A DNA stretch of 64,000 nucleotides from positions 111,104,001 to 111,168,000 of the forward strand of contig NC_091472.1 in assembly GCF_036971445.1 (NCBI RefSeq), read 5' to 3'. Position numbers and translations under genes: made by a program. Position 1 is the first letter of the stretch; each line of letters opens with the position of its first letter. The notes under the pieces are model-generated. The model saw nothing but the letters and a program-made list of their open reading frames with translations. It was not told the DNA's origin and did no database searches. This stretch comes from Narcine bancroftii. Its lineage: Eukaryota. Below are positions 51,725 to 64,000 of this stretch, one piece after another.

Positions 51725-54700
51725 TGCAGGAGGAGGAGAGCGATTACGTCAGGATTACTCATGTGGCGGTGACCCAATGAGATGGTCAGAGGGGTGTGAC
51801 TGAGTGGTGTTTGGGGAGTTGTGTCTAGTGGAATAAAAGAAAGTTGATTTCATGGTGCGCTGGGGAAAAAAACGAATGTGTGCATTCTTTATTTGTTGTA
51901 AGCTGTTATAAAGCAGTGCAGCTACAAGTGGTGATCTTGTGAGTTCACAATACCTTCTAATTTAAAATGAATAGTGATGAGGTTCTTGAAGCACACTTCT
52001 CTACCCTTGGACTTAGGAGTCAGAAGATGAAGTATGGTTTACTTGTGGAGTGCTTCCAGAGCAGATTGCTTGTGAAGTGTAGGCTGACTTGGTGGATCCA
52101 GATGGAAATCTCCCATACGACAGGCTTAAGGCAGCTATTCAGCAGCATACTTAGCCATCTAGGGAGACTTGTATTGCCCATCTACCAGCTGATGACAGCC
52201 TTAGTTGAGGAGGTGGTGCAGGCTAACGGGAACAGACTCTGTTGAAGGCAATTTTTGGAAACCGAAGTTTCTTTGATGTTTACCTCATCATATTCAAGGG
52301 CATTGGGTGAGTGTCTTTTGAATGTCCACCCTCGATCAGTTGGCAGATCATGCCAACCTCCATGTCCACAACCTCCGCAATGAAGATAGAAGAATTGGCT
52401 TCTTTCCCTAGTCAGCAGGAGCAAAGGGAACTGGAACATCTACTTACGGTGCCTTCTCAAATTAAGATAACCGCATTGGAGCTGCAAGCAGCGGCTCTGA
52501 ATATGCAAGTCCAGGCTTTGGCAAAGCAATGGAAATCACTTTTTAAAAATATTTTATTTTAGTTTTCACAGACTTACAAAACCCAATAAACAAAGCCATT
52601 GATGTACATATTCATACCCCAAGTCTGTATTTGTCCCAACCACCACACACCCACCCACCCATCACAGTGAATACATTCCAAAAACTTATCTTGATCCCAC
52701 TCATCATGGGGCACACGACCCCTAATAAGTCTTGTATTGAAAAGAAATCACAATGGCAACACCATTAAAAAAAACACTAAAAAGAAACTCAAAAGAAAAA
52801 GAAAACTAAGGACCTGAAAAGAAAAGGGCAGGTTCATCATCTGCGCCAAGTCCTATTTCCATAATCACACCTCTGGTCATAATGGGATAATTTAACCTTA
52901 TCCCTATTTTAAAGGGGGGAATCAATCTATCTGTGAACCAATGTACTGCTATACTCTAACAAATGTGTCCCATTTCCTCCGTAGGTTATATGTGATTTTC
53001 TATAGGGGAATACAACTCTGCGTTTCCATATTCCATCGTGCGGTATTTAGCTGGCAGTCAGACTTCCATGAAGCCGCTCTACACTTCCTGGCTACTGCCA
53101 AAGCGATATTCACAAATGAAATTTGGAATTTAGTCAGTGTAAACTGCACTTCTCCAATATTCCCCAAGAGGAACAGCTCCAGGTCCTGTGGAAAATCCAC
53201 TCTTGTAATTTTTGTTTTAGAATATACCCTAGGTCTTCCCAAAAAGGTCTCACCTTTAAGCACAGCCTGATTGAATAGACAAAAGGTCCCACCTCCACAC
53301 CACATCTAAAACATATTTCTGAAATCTCAGACATTGATCCGTGTAGTTTCTGAGGTGTAAGGTACAACTGGTGCAGGAGGTTATACTGCACCATCCTGTA
53401 TTTGGCATTGACAAAACCATCAAGCAACCAAATTCCTTCTGTCTACCTGGTTGGAATCATGGTCTACAAATAGCAGTCGGAAAACAACCAGGTCGGACAG
53501 CAGAGGCAAATGCTGCCCATGGGTAGGTCAGCTGCCGTTTTTTCCTAAAGACCGTCTCTCAAGTGTTCAATTTCCTGTCGATTCCAGTGTAGAGATTTCA
53601 GAGGTCCCTCCAACCCCTGAAGAATGCAGACCCCCCCCCCCCCACCATATGTCCATGTGTTCTTTCAGCTGCAAATGATTCTTGTCTTCAAACATATGGT
53701 CAGAAGTCACTCATTTTGGATTTCGGTCTCAAGATGTGACCCTGGATGAATCAGGTGAAAAGCTCGCCTGTAATTGTTCCACAGGAAGGCTTAGGCCTTT
53801 TGTGCTGACAGCTATGAGTGGGAGATTTTTGAGTCTCTATCACATCCTGGTAGAAGAGAATCAGTCAAACTAGTTATGGAACATTTTATCTGGCCTCATG
53901 TTAAATGGGATGTTGCATTAGGGGCAAGGACTTGCTTGCCAGGTCAATGCTCTAAAATCTCCAGACACAAGAAGTCCAAGCTGGGAGATTTTGCTGTTCC
54001 AGATTTCCATTTCCAGCATGTGCACCTAGACTCAGTAGGCTCACTTCAATCATCTCAGGGATACACTTATCTGCTCATGTGTGAAGACCAGACCACCAGG
54101 TGGCAGGAGGTCATTCCTATCACTAACATCTCTGCAGAGACTAGGGCTTTTGTGGATCACTGGATTCCATCTTTCGATGTTCTGGCCACTATTACAATGG
54201 ATCGAGGGTCTTAATTCAAGTCTGTGTTGTTCTGAGCTCTTGCTGATCTTCTAGACACAGCCCATATTTCCACTATGGCTTACCATCCGCAAGACAAATG
54301 CCTCGTTAAGCGCTTCCATCTGCAATTGAAAACAGCATTGACAACAGGTGGTGATGCATCTATGTGGAGCGAATGTTTGCCCATGGTTATCCTTGGAGTG
54401 CGTACTGCTGAAAAGGCTGATCTTTGATGTTCATTGGCAGAGCTAGTATATGGCGCTATGTTATCCTTACTAGGCGAGTTTGTGAATCTGAGTCCAAGCA
54501 CAATGCTCTATGATCTGGCTAGTTATGTTGAAAACATGAGATTACTCCAACCTTCTCCTATGTGGCAGGCATCACCTGTAGTGTAGTGCCAAATGATTTA
54601 CACTGCTGTACTTGTGTATTCCTTCGACATGATGCTGTCCACCCAAAGACTTTTGTAATCAACAGGAATGGAAAAGCCAACATGGCTTCCATCGACAGGT

Positions 54701-55114
54701 TGAAGTCGGCACATATCGATGTTCCACATTCTGCATCGGAGCCAGAGTCAGAGAACCAGTTGCACCCTTACCAGTCGGACCATGCATTGCTGGTCTTGCA
54801 CCATCGTATGAGGTCTGGCCAAACTGTCAACCCTCCGACTGTTATGTAGCAGGGCAGTGCCAATCAGTTGCCTCCTTGCATGGCTTGAAGGGTGGGGTGG
54901 GGCAGCTACAGGAGGATGAGAGTGATTACGTCAGTATCTCCCGTGTGGCAGTGATCCAATGAGAAGGTCAGAGGGGTGTGGCTGGGTGGTGTTTGGGGAG
55001 TTGAAAAATTCATTGTTGTGTCTAGTAGAATAAAAGCAAGTCAATTCATGGTGAGCTGGAAAAAAAATGAGTGTGAGTATTCTTTGAAAGATGTTATAAA
55101 GCAGTGCAGCTACA
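51725..55114 (+). mobile_element. Internally deleted Gypsy element with both LTRs (51725-51926, 54907-55114)
   Basis: 4-bp TSD aaca within a CR1, PBS-like agtggtga and a G-rich PPT. Integrase remnants HVHLDSVG, YTYLLMCEDQTTRWQEVIP, ITMDRG and RFHLQLKTAL. No RT motifs seen. Confidence 0.85.
52540..53440 (-). mobile_element. L1-clade LINE 3' fragment nested in the Gypsy element
   Basis: YRMVQYNLLHQLYLTPQKLH...CFRC and IALAVARKC.A.SWK..E..SCIPL, homologous to the ORF at 1-1149. Minus-strand AATAAA and A-tail near 52540-52565. Confidence 0.85.
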
Positions 55115-58100
55115 AACATTCTTGTAAATCTTCTCTGCACCCTCTCCAGGTGGGAGGGCAAAAAAGGAGCTAAAAGTGATGAAGGGGCTGGGAAAAGGCA
55201 GGGGGCTAAGAGAGAAGTGATAGGAGCAAAGGTAAGGAGTGGGTAGCTGGATAAAGTTGTGGGCAGGAGAAAAAAAAGGAAAGGGGCCAGAGAGATAAAG
55301 GAAAACAGTGGGGGGGGGGGGGGAAGAGTGGGGGAAAGATGTTAGGAGGTTACCAGACATTGATAAACTTTAAATTGATGTTAAGTGAAACACAAAAGTC
55401 TGTAGAAGCTTCGACTGTAGTAAAAACGAAATGCTGGAGGAACTCAGCCAGTCTTTTCAGTATCTGTAATAAAGATATATTGATGATATTTTGGGCCTGA
55501 GCCCTTCTTCAAAGGAATGAGCAGAATTAGCCAGAAGCAGGAAATCTCAGAAAGTCTCAGAATTCAGACAATGCTGGCTGGTAGAGGAATCCAGGCCAAC
55601 AAAAGGTGTTAATTGGATAGGATAAGGGACAAGATAAGAATTTATCATGTTTGGTTGAAAGGAGACAGGGAAGGGAGGGGGGGGGGGGAGGAAAGGAGTT
55701 TCTTTCCCACATTCACATACATCCTTAAGTAAATCCCTTGCTAACCACAGAGTGCCTATGGCATCATAAGTAAATTAATTTGCGGGAATTGTGCAGTATA
55801 TTGTTTTGCACATCAAGTTTTGTAGTTATCATCAAGTCGGGAGATTTAAAATCTTGTACCTGAAATCTCCACAAAGGCTCTCCTGAAACTTTTCCCCTGA
55901 AGTTGCTGAAGCCAAATGGATAAATTACCAAATAGGATTCTAGTACAAACATTTCCATTGAGTGAACATTTGTTTTTCCGGTCTTTAGTACGAAACCAAG
56001 ATTATAATGTTTATGTAACAAATGGGTAACATTTGTTTGTCTATACAGCTATTCCCATTGCTTAAAAGAATTATGCAAGATATATCCAAGCCTTTTAATG
56101 GCACTGGGAGACAGTAAGAGGCATGTGGGAGCACTGTTTGAGATTGAAAGATACAAGCCAATTGCTTGGGAGATTAAAATTCTAACCATTAAAAAAACCA
56201 AATAAATCACCAGCAGGAAAATTACATTAAAAACATACTTGCAAGAACATGAGTAAAATAACCCATCTGAGTACAAATTAAACAGACACACAACCCATTC
56301 TCAGAGGATTACATGCATTTGTTGCTTTGGATGCCTACCAAACCCTCAAAATGGCTTGCAATTAATTGGGCTTGAGCTTGGGTACTTAACAGCATGCAGT
56401 CTACTCACAAGCACCCTCACCCTCCCCTCCCCCCTCCCCCCCAAAAAAGCAACCCTTTTCAGAGGTCTCTGTTATATAGTCGGGATAATGTGAACTATTT
56501 TGTAACCGTGTAAGAGTACACCCTTCTAACTGTATTAACTGTAGTGCACCACTGTGTGGTGTATATGTGCAGTTTCCATAGATGGCAGAAGGCATCAGTA
56601 ACCATATAACCATTTACGGAGCGGAAACAGGCCATGTTGGCCTTTCAAGTCCGCACCGGTTCACTAAGTAAAGTCTTTTTTGTTAATGAAATCTCACATC
56701 TCTAAAAGTTATTTAAGAAGCCTCCCAAGTAACTCAAGAGACATGACACTCTTTCTCAGTACACGTCTGCAACATGGCTAGAGTCCTGAACAGGGTTTGG
56801 AGAGTAGAACAAAAACAAATAGGTGCTCCCAAATTACTGGCCTGCAGTCATTACAATGCAACCTCAGAAATCTTGCAGCTACTACAGATCAGATATGTGT
56901 ATTGAATGCAGATTATTTCCATTGGTGAACACTATGTCAATATATTCTGGGCTGATGTTAAACTGCCACTTGCATTGGAGATTTAAAAAATATCTTCAGT
57001 AAGATTTGAAGACTTTGGGAAATTGTTTTGCAATTCATTTTGTTGGACCTTCGACAGCTGCAGTGCTTCTTTCACCAAGGGACACTAATTTATTCTGGAA
57101 ATGTACAATAAATTGGTGCTGTCCCTCAGCAGTTAACATCTTTGTTTTCTTCCTTCAGTAATTAGGTATTTATGGTCAGAGTTGAGATGAGAGTTTACTG
57201 TCGTAAGCATGGGTACAATGTATAGATGCACCAAAATTGTTGCTTGCAGTGGCTGCACAAGTACACCAAACACATTAACAAACAATAAGTATAAATCAAA
57301 TTACTACACAAGAAAAAGAATATAATCTTATCAAAGGGTAGATAAATAATCACGGTTAATTTTGTGCAAAAGAAAGCGATGACTCACAAAATTAAAAAGA
57401 TTAATGGAAGCCCAGGCCAGCAAATTGAAAGGCAATCATAATTAATTAAGCACTGATTTGGATTTGAAGGGGTAATACTGCATTGGCAGTGATGACGTAC
57501 TACAGTACTTCAGGATTATCACTGGAAGTCGAGTAATGCCGGGATCAATCTAAAGAACTGTGCAACATCTTCCAAATGGCTTCCTATTTTTTTAATAAAG
57601 TGTTCTCATCCAATTTCTATAAATGTTATGATGAGCATCACTGTAAATGACAAACCACATTTGATCAGAGAATTGAAGGCTACATTTTTCCATTATTGTT
57701 CTGCAACAAAATATCTGATGTTCAGGACAGGTTATTACTCGTCTTTTCTCTTGTGTGAAGGCTGTACACAGAAATTTTAAGTCAATTCAAACTGTTAGTT
57801 ACTGTACACAAAACCTCTGATCGCAAACCCATTTCAGGACCAAATCAGAATTTACTAAATGGCTATACAACAAGTCACTGGTTGGTGTTTTTGCCCAGTT
57901 CTCACATTCCTGATTGGAAGCCTCTGCTTTCAATCAACCTAATGACAGCCTCTACAGCAGTCTGCCGCAATGAATTCCACAGATTCACCAGTTACAGGCT
58001 GAAGAAATTTCTTGTCATCTCTGATCAAAGGGGATGTCCTTTTATTTTTTAAACTCTGCCCTCTGGTCCTAGACTCTCCTGCTACTGAAAACAGGGTGTC

Positions 58101-58819
58101 CATGTCCACTCTATCTCACCCTTTTAATATCTGGTATGTTTCAGCGAGTTACTCCCTCATCCTTTTAAGCACTGGCGAGTACAGGTCCTCAAGCATTAAC
58201 CATCTTAACCCCAAGATCATTCTTATAAACTTCCAATGTCACTTATATTCTAAATGTGCCTGGGATTCACAGGGAGGAAATAACACATCAGGAGAGGTGC
58301 CATTTCTATATCAAGCTGTACTGGGCACCATCATTTCACTAGAAATATAGGAAGACTACAGCCTACAGAACTAAATACAAATAGTTTGCATAAACTTGGC
58401 TTGATTCTCTTGTGGTTTGAAAGCCAGGTGCAAGAGATTTTGTGTGAATGGCACTTTTTAAGTGGTGGACATTAAAATTCAAATACAAAGCCAACGAAGC
58501 CTTGGTCAATTGAATATTGATTAGAGATCGATGAGGACATTTGCTGGGTAAAGGCATTAATGGATATTGCACAAAGGCCAGCAAATCCAACCCTCTTCAT
58601 GGATTCCAGCCTCATTGAGAACAAGATTCAGTGAAAACTATGATCTGACCAAATTGTGGGCTAGGCCCAAATCACCTACACCTATTTCCCCTTTCAACCT
58701 CTTACACCCTGCAGATGAGGTGTAACCAGCAGGATACAAAACAGTGGTTGCGCAGAATGACGGATACATTTGTGCCACATTTATCATTGTCCATTTGTAT
58801 CTGTTCCTTTAATAGGTGC

Positions 58820-61260
58820 AGCCAGGAAGGAATTTAAGGATTATGGGGAGATAGAAGAGGCCACGAGAAGGCCTTGGCAAGTTGGACCAAGGCGAACACC
58901 CCAAAGCAGTTTATGCATATTTGAAGGACAGAAGGATGAATAGGGTGAAGGTAGGGCTGCTTCAGGATAAAGGAAGCAACATATGCTTGGAGGCAGAGGA
59001 GGTCCTAACTTAATACTTTGTTTCAATGTTCACCACAGACACAGACCTTGTTCAATGTGAGATCAATTTATTTACTGAAGCATATTGAGATTAAGAAAAA
59101 GGAAATGCTAGATCTTTTTTAAAACATTCAGATCGACAGGTTCCCAGGATTGAACGAGATATGCCCCAGCTTGCTGCAGAAGTGAGAGAAAAAAATTGAT
59201 GGATCATTGGAAATTACCCTTGGATTCTCCCTGGCCATGGGGGAGGTACCAGAGGATTGGAGAATGGCAAATATAGTCCTTTGTTCAAAAAAGGTAACAG
59301 GGAGAATTTTAGGACTTATAGTCCAACGAGTTCTTGCATCAGTGGTTGGTAAATTACTGGAGAGGATTTACGAGCACTTAGAAGAGTTTTGTCTGCTCAA
59401 GGCTAGTTAGCGTGACATTGTGGGGGGTAGACCATATCTCATGAGCTTAATTGCATTTTTTGAAGAAGTGACAAAATAAATTGAAGGTAGGGTGGCAGAT
59501 CTGGTGTATATGGATTTTATTAAGGTGTTTGACAAGTTCCCCTATAGTAGATTTTTTTTAAACTTTATTTAAGATTTTATAACATGAATAACATATAGGA
59601 TTACATTAAAAAAATTAAGAATAAAATAATAAAATTACAATACAGTATCAGTAATCTAAATAAACTATACCCTCCCCAATAATTATTACACATTAATAAC
59701 CCAACTCAAATTAGTCCAACCCCACCTTTCCCCCCCAAAATAAAGAGTGAAGAATTAATAAAGTTAATAATATGTGAGAAAAAAAACCCACTTACAAAAA
59801 AAACAAAAACATAACCGATTAAAATACTAACAAAAAGAAAAGTAATTAATACTAAGATATCAGACTTAAAAAACATATTTAAATCAAACTTAAATGCATA
59901 TATTTAACAGAGTTAAGATGAAACATATATTTAACTCAAACTTAATATAAAAAATTAGTAAAGTTAGTAACATTGTCTATCAAAAATTCTTAAACAATAA
60001 TCAATTCTTAAAAAAAAATTGTAGCATGAGAAAAAAAAAGATGAAAAAAAACTTTCTCTATAGAGATAAACCTTCACCAAATATCAACTAACTTCACATC
60101 TATCATCATATTAGTCACATAAACCACCATCTTAAAACAAAATTCAAACCTCATTAAGCATTGTACAATTCAATTTTAGCACTCTTCCACCATTTTCCCC
60201 TATAGTAGATTCAATCAGAAAGTGTTGAGGCATGGGTTCCATGGAACCTTCACTGCGAGGATTCAGAATTGGCTTGGCTGCAGAAAGCAGAGGGCAGTAG
60301 TGGATGGAGTGCATTCTGCCAGGAGGCCAGTGACTGACTAGTGGCATTCCACAGGTATCTGTTCTGTGGCCCCTGCTCTTGGTGATTTTCATAAATGACC
60401 TGACAAAGAAGTGGAAGGATGGGTCATTAAGTTCACAGATAACACAAAGGTTAGGGGTGTTACAGATAGTGCAGATGATTGTCACAAGTTGCAACAGGGT
60501 CGAGTCTGAATGCAGAGTTGGGCAGAGAGGTGGCAAATTGAGTTCAGTCCAGATCAGTGTGAAGAGATGCATTTTTTGGAAGGTCCAACTTGAAGGTGGA
60601 GTAATGACAGAACAAGTATGAAAGAACAGAGGGAAACTTGGTGGAGGGGGGGGGGTCCAAACCCATAGATCTTTCAAGGTTGCCCTGCAGGTTGATAGGG
60701 TGGTTAAGAAGGCTTACGGAATGCAGGCCTTCATTTGTTGGGGGATTGTGTTCAAGATCCATGAGGTAATGTGGTAACTCTATAAAACTCTGGTTAGACC
60801 TCAATTGGAATGTTATGTTCAGTTCTGGTCATAACAGGAAGGATGTGGAAGCTTTTGGTGAAGGTGCAGAAGAAATTTTCTAGGATATTGACTGGATTGG
60901 GGAATGTGTCTTATGAGGCAGGGGAGGCACAGCTAGGGCTTTTCTCTTTAGAGTGAGAGATGACTTAAACGCCCAAAAAATTTATGAGAGGCACATATAC
61001 CTAGCACCTTTTTCCTGGGTCACGGTGGCTAATACCAGAGGACAGATTAAGGTGAGGGGAGGAATGTTTAGGAGAGATGTTAGAGAGAAGTGAGCAGCTG
61101 AAAAGTATTGATAGGAGTGGTGTTTGAAGCTGGTACAATAGCAACTCTCAGACAGGGACATGGATGCAAGATAATTAGAGAAGGTTTAGATCGTTGAGCA
61201 GGTTTATTAGTACAGCACAACACTGTGAGCCAAAGGGCCTATGTGGTGCTGTAATGTTCT
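58820..61260 (+). mobile_element. CR1 LINE ORF2 fragments
   Basis: GEVPEDWRMANI, SVVGKLLERI, YMDFIKVFDK and IPQVSVL..L.IFINDL, then the tail. Confidence 0.85.
59554..60194 (-). mobile_element. 5'-truncated non-LTR retrotransposon 3' UTR (L1-like) inserted in CR1
   Basis: 17-bp TSD ttcccctatagtagatt (59537-59553, 60195-60211). T-run and tttatt (minus-strand AATAAA) at the left end. Confidence 0.8.
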
Positions 61261-61909
61261 ATTTAAGCATTATTCAAGATATTGTGCAGTTCCTATTATT
61301 TCAAAATCAAGGGATTCAAACTCAATGCACTACTTCCAATGCAACAAATGTTCCACATTTCAAACAGTTTGCAAAGGGTATGATGAGATGGTTACAAAAA
61401 AAAATAACTGAAAGAATTGGAATTACATGAAAAGTAATATTGTTTCACAAACTTTTCACCAAAACTACCACTGAGTGAAAGAGGGGTGGTGAGATTTTCA
61501 GACCCAATCTGCACCGCAGCAATTGAAGGTTACCTGTCTCAAATTTGCCAAACCAAGTGAACCTCTCCACAGTAACGGAAAAATCCATCACCCTGATGCA
61601 AAATTTATTCCAAAAACCAGATTGAAAAAAAATTATAGCATTTCAGTGAGGTTTTAAGCAGCCCCAAGCGTTTTTCAAAATTGTGTCATTTATCCATTGT
61701 TTTTTTCCCTCCCACTTTATTTCTTTCTCTATTATAATCTGATTCAACTTGCTTTCATTTGACACATACAATGCCAGCTGCCTGGGTTCGAATCTGGCCC
61801 TGTCAGGAGTTTGCTAATTCTCCCCATGTCCTGTGTGGGTTTTCTCTGAATGCTCCTGTTATCTCCTACTCTCCAAAAATGTACAGGATTGGTAGGTTAA
61901 TTGGGTGGC

Positions 61910-62905
61910 ACATAGAACACTACAGCACAGTACAGGCCCTTCACCCTTGATGTTGTGCCGACCCATATATTCATTAAAACTAAAGTATTAAACCTTCCCT
62001 ACCCCCTCACCTTCTATTTTTCTTCCATCCACATGGCTGTTTAAGAGTCTCTTAAATGTCCCTAATGTTTCAGTCTCCACCATCATCCCTGACAAGGAAT
62101 TCCAGGCACTGTGGTGCACTGTTAGACAGAATCAGACACACACAAGGTAAAGACTGAGCAACAAGCTTTAATCCACAAAAACCTCCACAGAACCAGGCTG
62201 GCTGTGGCTGCAGCAACTCAGCGTGAGGCCTCGGGAGGCCGGCACAGGCTTATATCTCGGAGGGTGATTGACACCCGACCAGGTGGGGCTTTATCCATTC
62301 AGGCCGACTGATTGGCAGCCAGCCAGGTGTTGTCCTGTCCCCTTACACTTCTGCAGGTACAGAGGTTGCCCCCTGCAGTAGGCTGGTGATGTACCACCAC
62401 AGGCACCAACAATTCTGTGTAAAAACAAAACCCTCCTGGTTTCTCCCCTAAACTTCCCTCCCTTCACTTTGTACTCATGTCCTCTGGTGTTTGCTATTCC
62501 TGCACTGGAAAACAGGCACTGGCTGTCCACCCGATCTATGCCTCTCATAATCGTATACACCTCTATCAAGGTTCCTCTCTTCCTTCTACGCTCCAAAGAA
62601 ATAAGTCCCTGCTCTGCCTAACCTTGCCTCATAAGATTTATTTTCCAATCCAGGTAATATCCTGGTAAATCTTCTCTGCACCCTCTCCATAGCTTCCTCA
62701 TCCTCCCTGTAATGAGGTGACCAGAACTGTGGTCTCACCAGAGATTAGTAGAGTTGCAACATGACCTTTCTACTCTGGAATTCAATCCCTCTGTTAATGA
62801 ATCCCAGCATCCCATGGGCCTTCTTAACTATCCTGTCAACCTGAGTGGTGACCTTGGGGGATGTATGGATTTGGACCCCCAAGTCCCTCTGTTCATTCAC
62901 ACTCT
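61910..62905 (-). mobile_element. CR1 LINE 3' part
   Basis: LIEVYTIMRGIDRVDSQCLF..TRGHEYKVKGGKFRG with an acatagaac tail. Confidence 0.8.
62110..62401 (-). mobile_element. Solo LTR in CR1
   Basis: tgtggtg...caccaca inverted termini, perfect 5-bp TSD ggcac, and minus-strand TATAAG and ATTAAA. Confidence 0.9.
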
Positions 62906-64000
62906 TTCAATGGCTGGAATCGACTTCTAAAATGTTGTAAATATATATAATGTATTTACATAAAACAATAAATAGAAGAAAGTATTCAGATCCTCTTGCA
63001 ATAAAAAACACTTTTTAAAAATCATCCATGGGAGGCAGCCTGATCGACCAAGCAAGTCCTCCTATTGCAACTCCAACCTTCTCAAATTCTCATTTTCTGA
63101 CTGTTCCTATTTACTCATTGACCAGATAACCTTATTTACACATAATTCCAGTCCTGTTGGTTTTAATCTATAGGAGACAATGCCCCTTCTCCCTGCAGCC
63201 TGACCTGCTGAGTGTTTCCAGTGCTTCCATCCGATTTAGATTTCCAGCCCCGTAATTGCTCACTCTACCTGCATGTTAACTTTCAGTGATTTGTTTACAA
63301 TGAGCTTCAAATCCAGCACCTTTTAAGTCTTTACCACTGAAAAGATACTTCAATTTTCCACTTTCCCCCCTCCCCTCCAATCTGAATAACCTATTTTTTT
63401 TTCAGATTATATTTTATTTACCGTGTCTTTGGCCATTCATTTATCCTATCTATATTTTCCTGAAGTTTCTGTATCCTCCTCACAACCAACACTACCAATC
63501 AAACACAAATATAACTTAGCCCTCTCATCCAAATCATTTAAGAAAAAGTTCTGTACTCCATTCATTACAGCTTCCCAATCCAAAAAGATCAGTTTGTTCC
63601 TATTCTCTATTTTCTGTCTATTAAATAATACTGATTCTGTTTATTTCCTCCATTCTCACACTTCCCAATTAAGTTCAATAATATCTATTGAAGACCTTCT
63701 GAAATCCTAAACTCTCCATGGCACTGGATCCTTCTCACATATTTTACTAGAAACAATTTAAAAAACAGATGTCAAACATGATTTCCCATTTACAAATCCA
63801 CGTCGACACTTCTCAATCCTATAACCATTCTAACATTTTTCCTGCTACTGATATCAGGCTAATTGTTAACCTGTGACATGTTTTTTTTTTCCCCTCTACA
63901 TCAGCTATTAAATATCAAGGGTACATTTCCTAAATTGTATCCAGAATCAATGGAAATTTAGAAAATGACAACTAGTATATTCGTTCTATCCACAATATTT

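Noticed and set aside
55764-56021. 85-aa minus-strand ORF as an extra exon or nested gene
   Set aside because: No recognisable homology and no convincing splice context.
50834-64000. FERMT1 exon 3 (ALWW...HWTLDK)
   Set aside because: No matching minus-strand segment found by eye; probably beyond the window. Likewise exon 11 was not found in 1-5410.

Overview
Eukaryotic, vertebrate DNA. The repeat content (CR1/HE1-type tails, Penelope, Rex1, RTE, L1/Tx1) suggests a cartilaginous fish (inference). The only host gene I can support is FERMT1 (kindlin-1) on the minus strand. Seven internal coding exons (equivalent to human exons 4-10, 873 bp in total) have canonical GT-AG boundaries and consistent phases; the flanking exons appear to lie outside the window. 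Most of the rest is intronic transposable-element sequence, often nested: CR1 LINEs, L1/Tx1 ends, Rex1, a young RTE LINE, Penelope-like elements with hammerhead-ribozyme-like cores, three decayed Gypsy elements (one with the unusual integrase-before-RT order of the Gmr1 clade), five solo LTRs, hAT and Tigger-type MITEs, a perfect 24-bp minisatellite and a 169-N assembly gap. I found no convincing new multi-gene system. The most unusual structure is a hAT MITE in intron 4 whose right end carries two inverted, near-identical copies of neighbouring intronic DNA joined by microhomologies. Repeat boundaries without a TSD are approximate, and family names come from motif recognition, not a database search.
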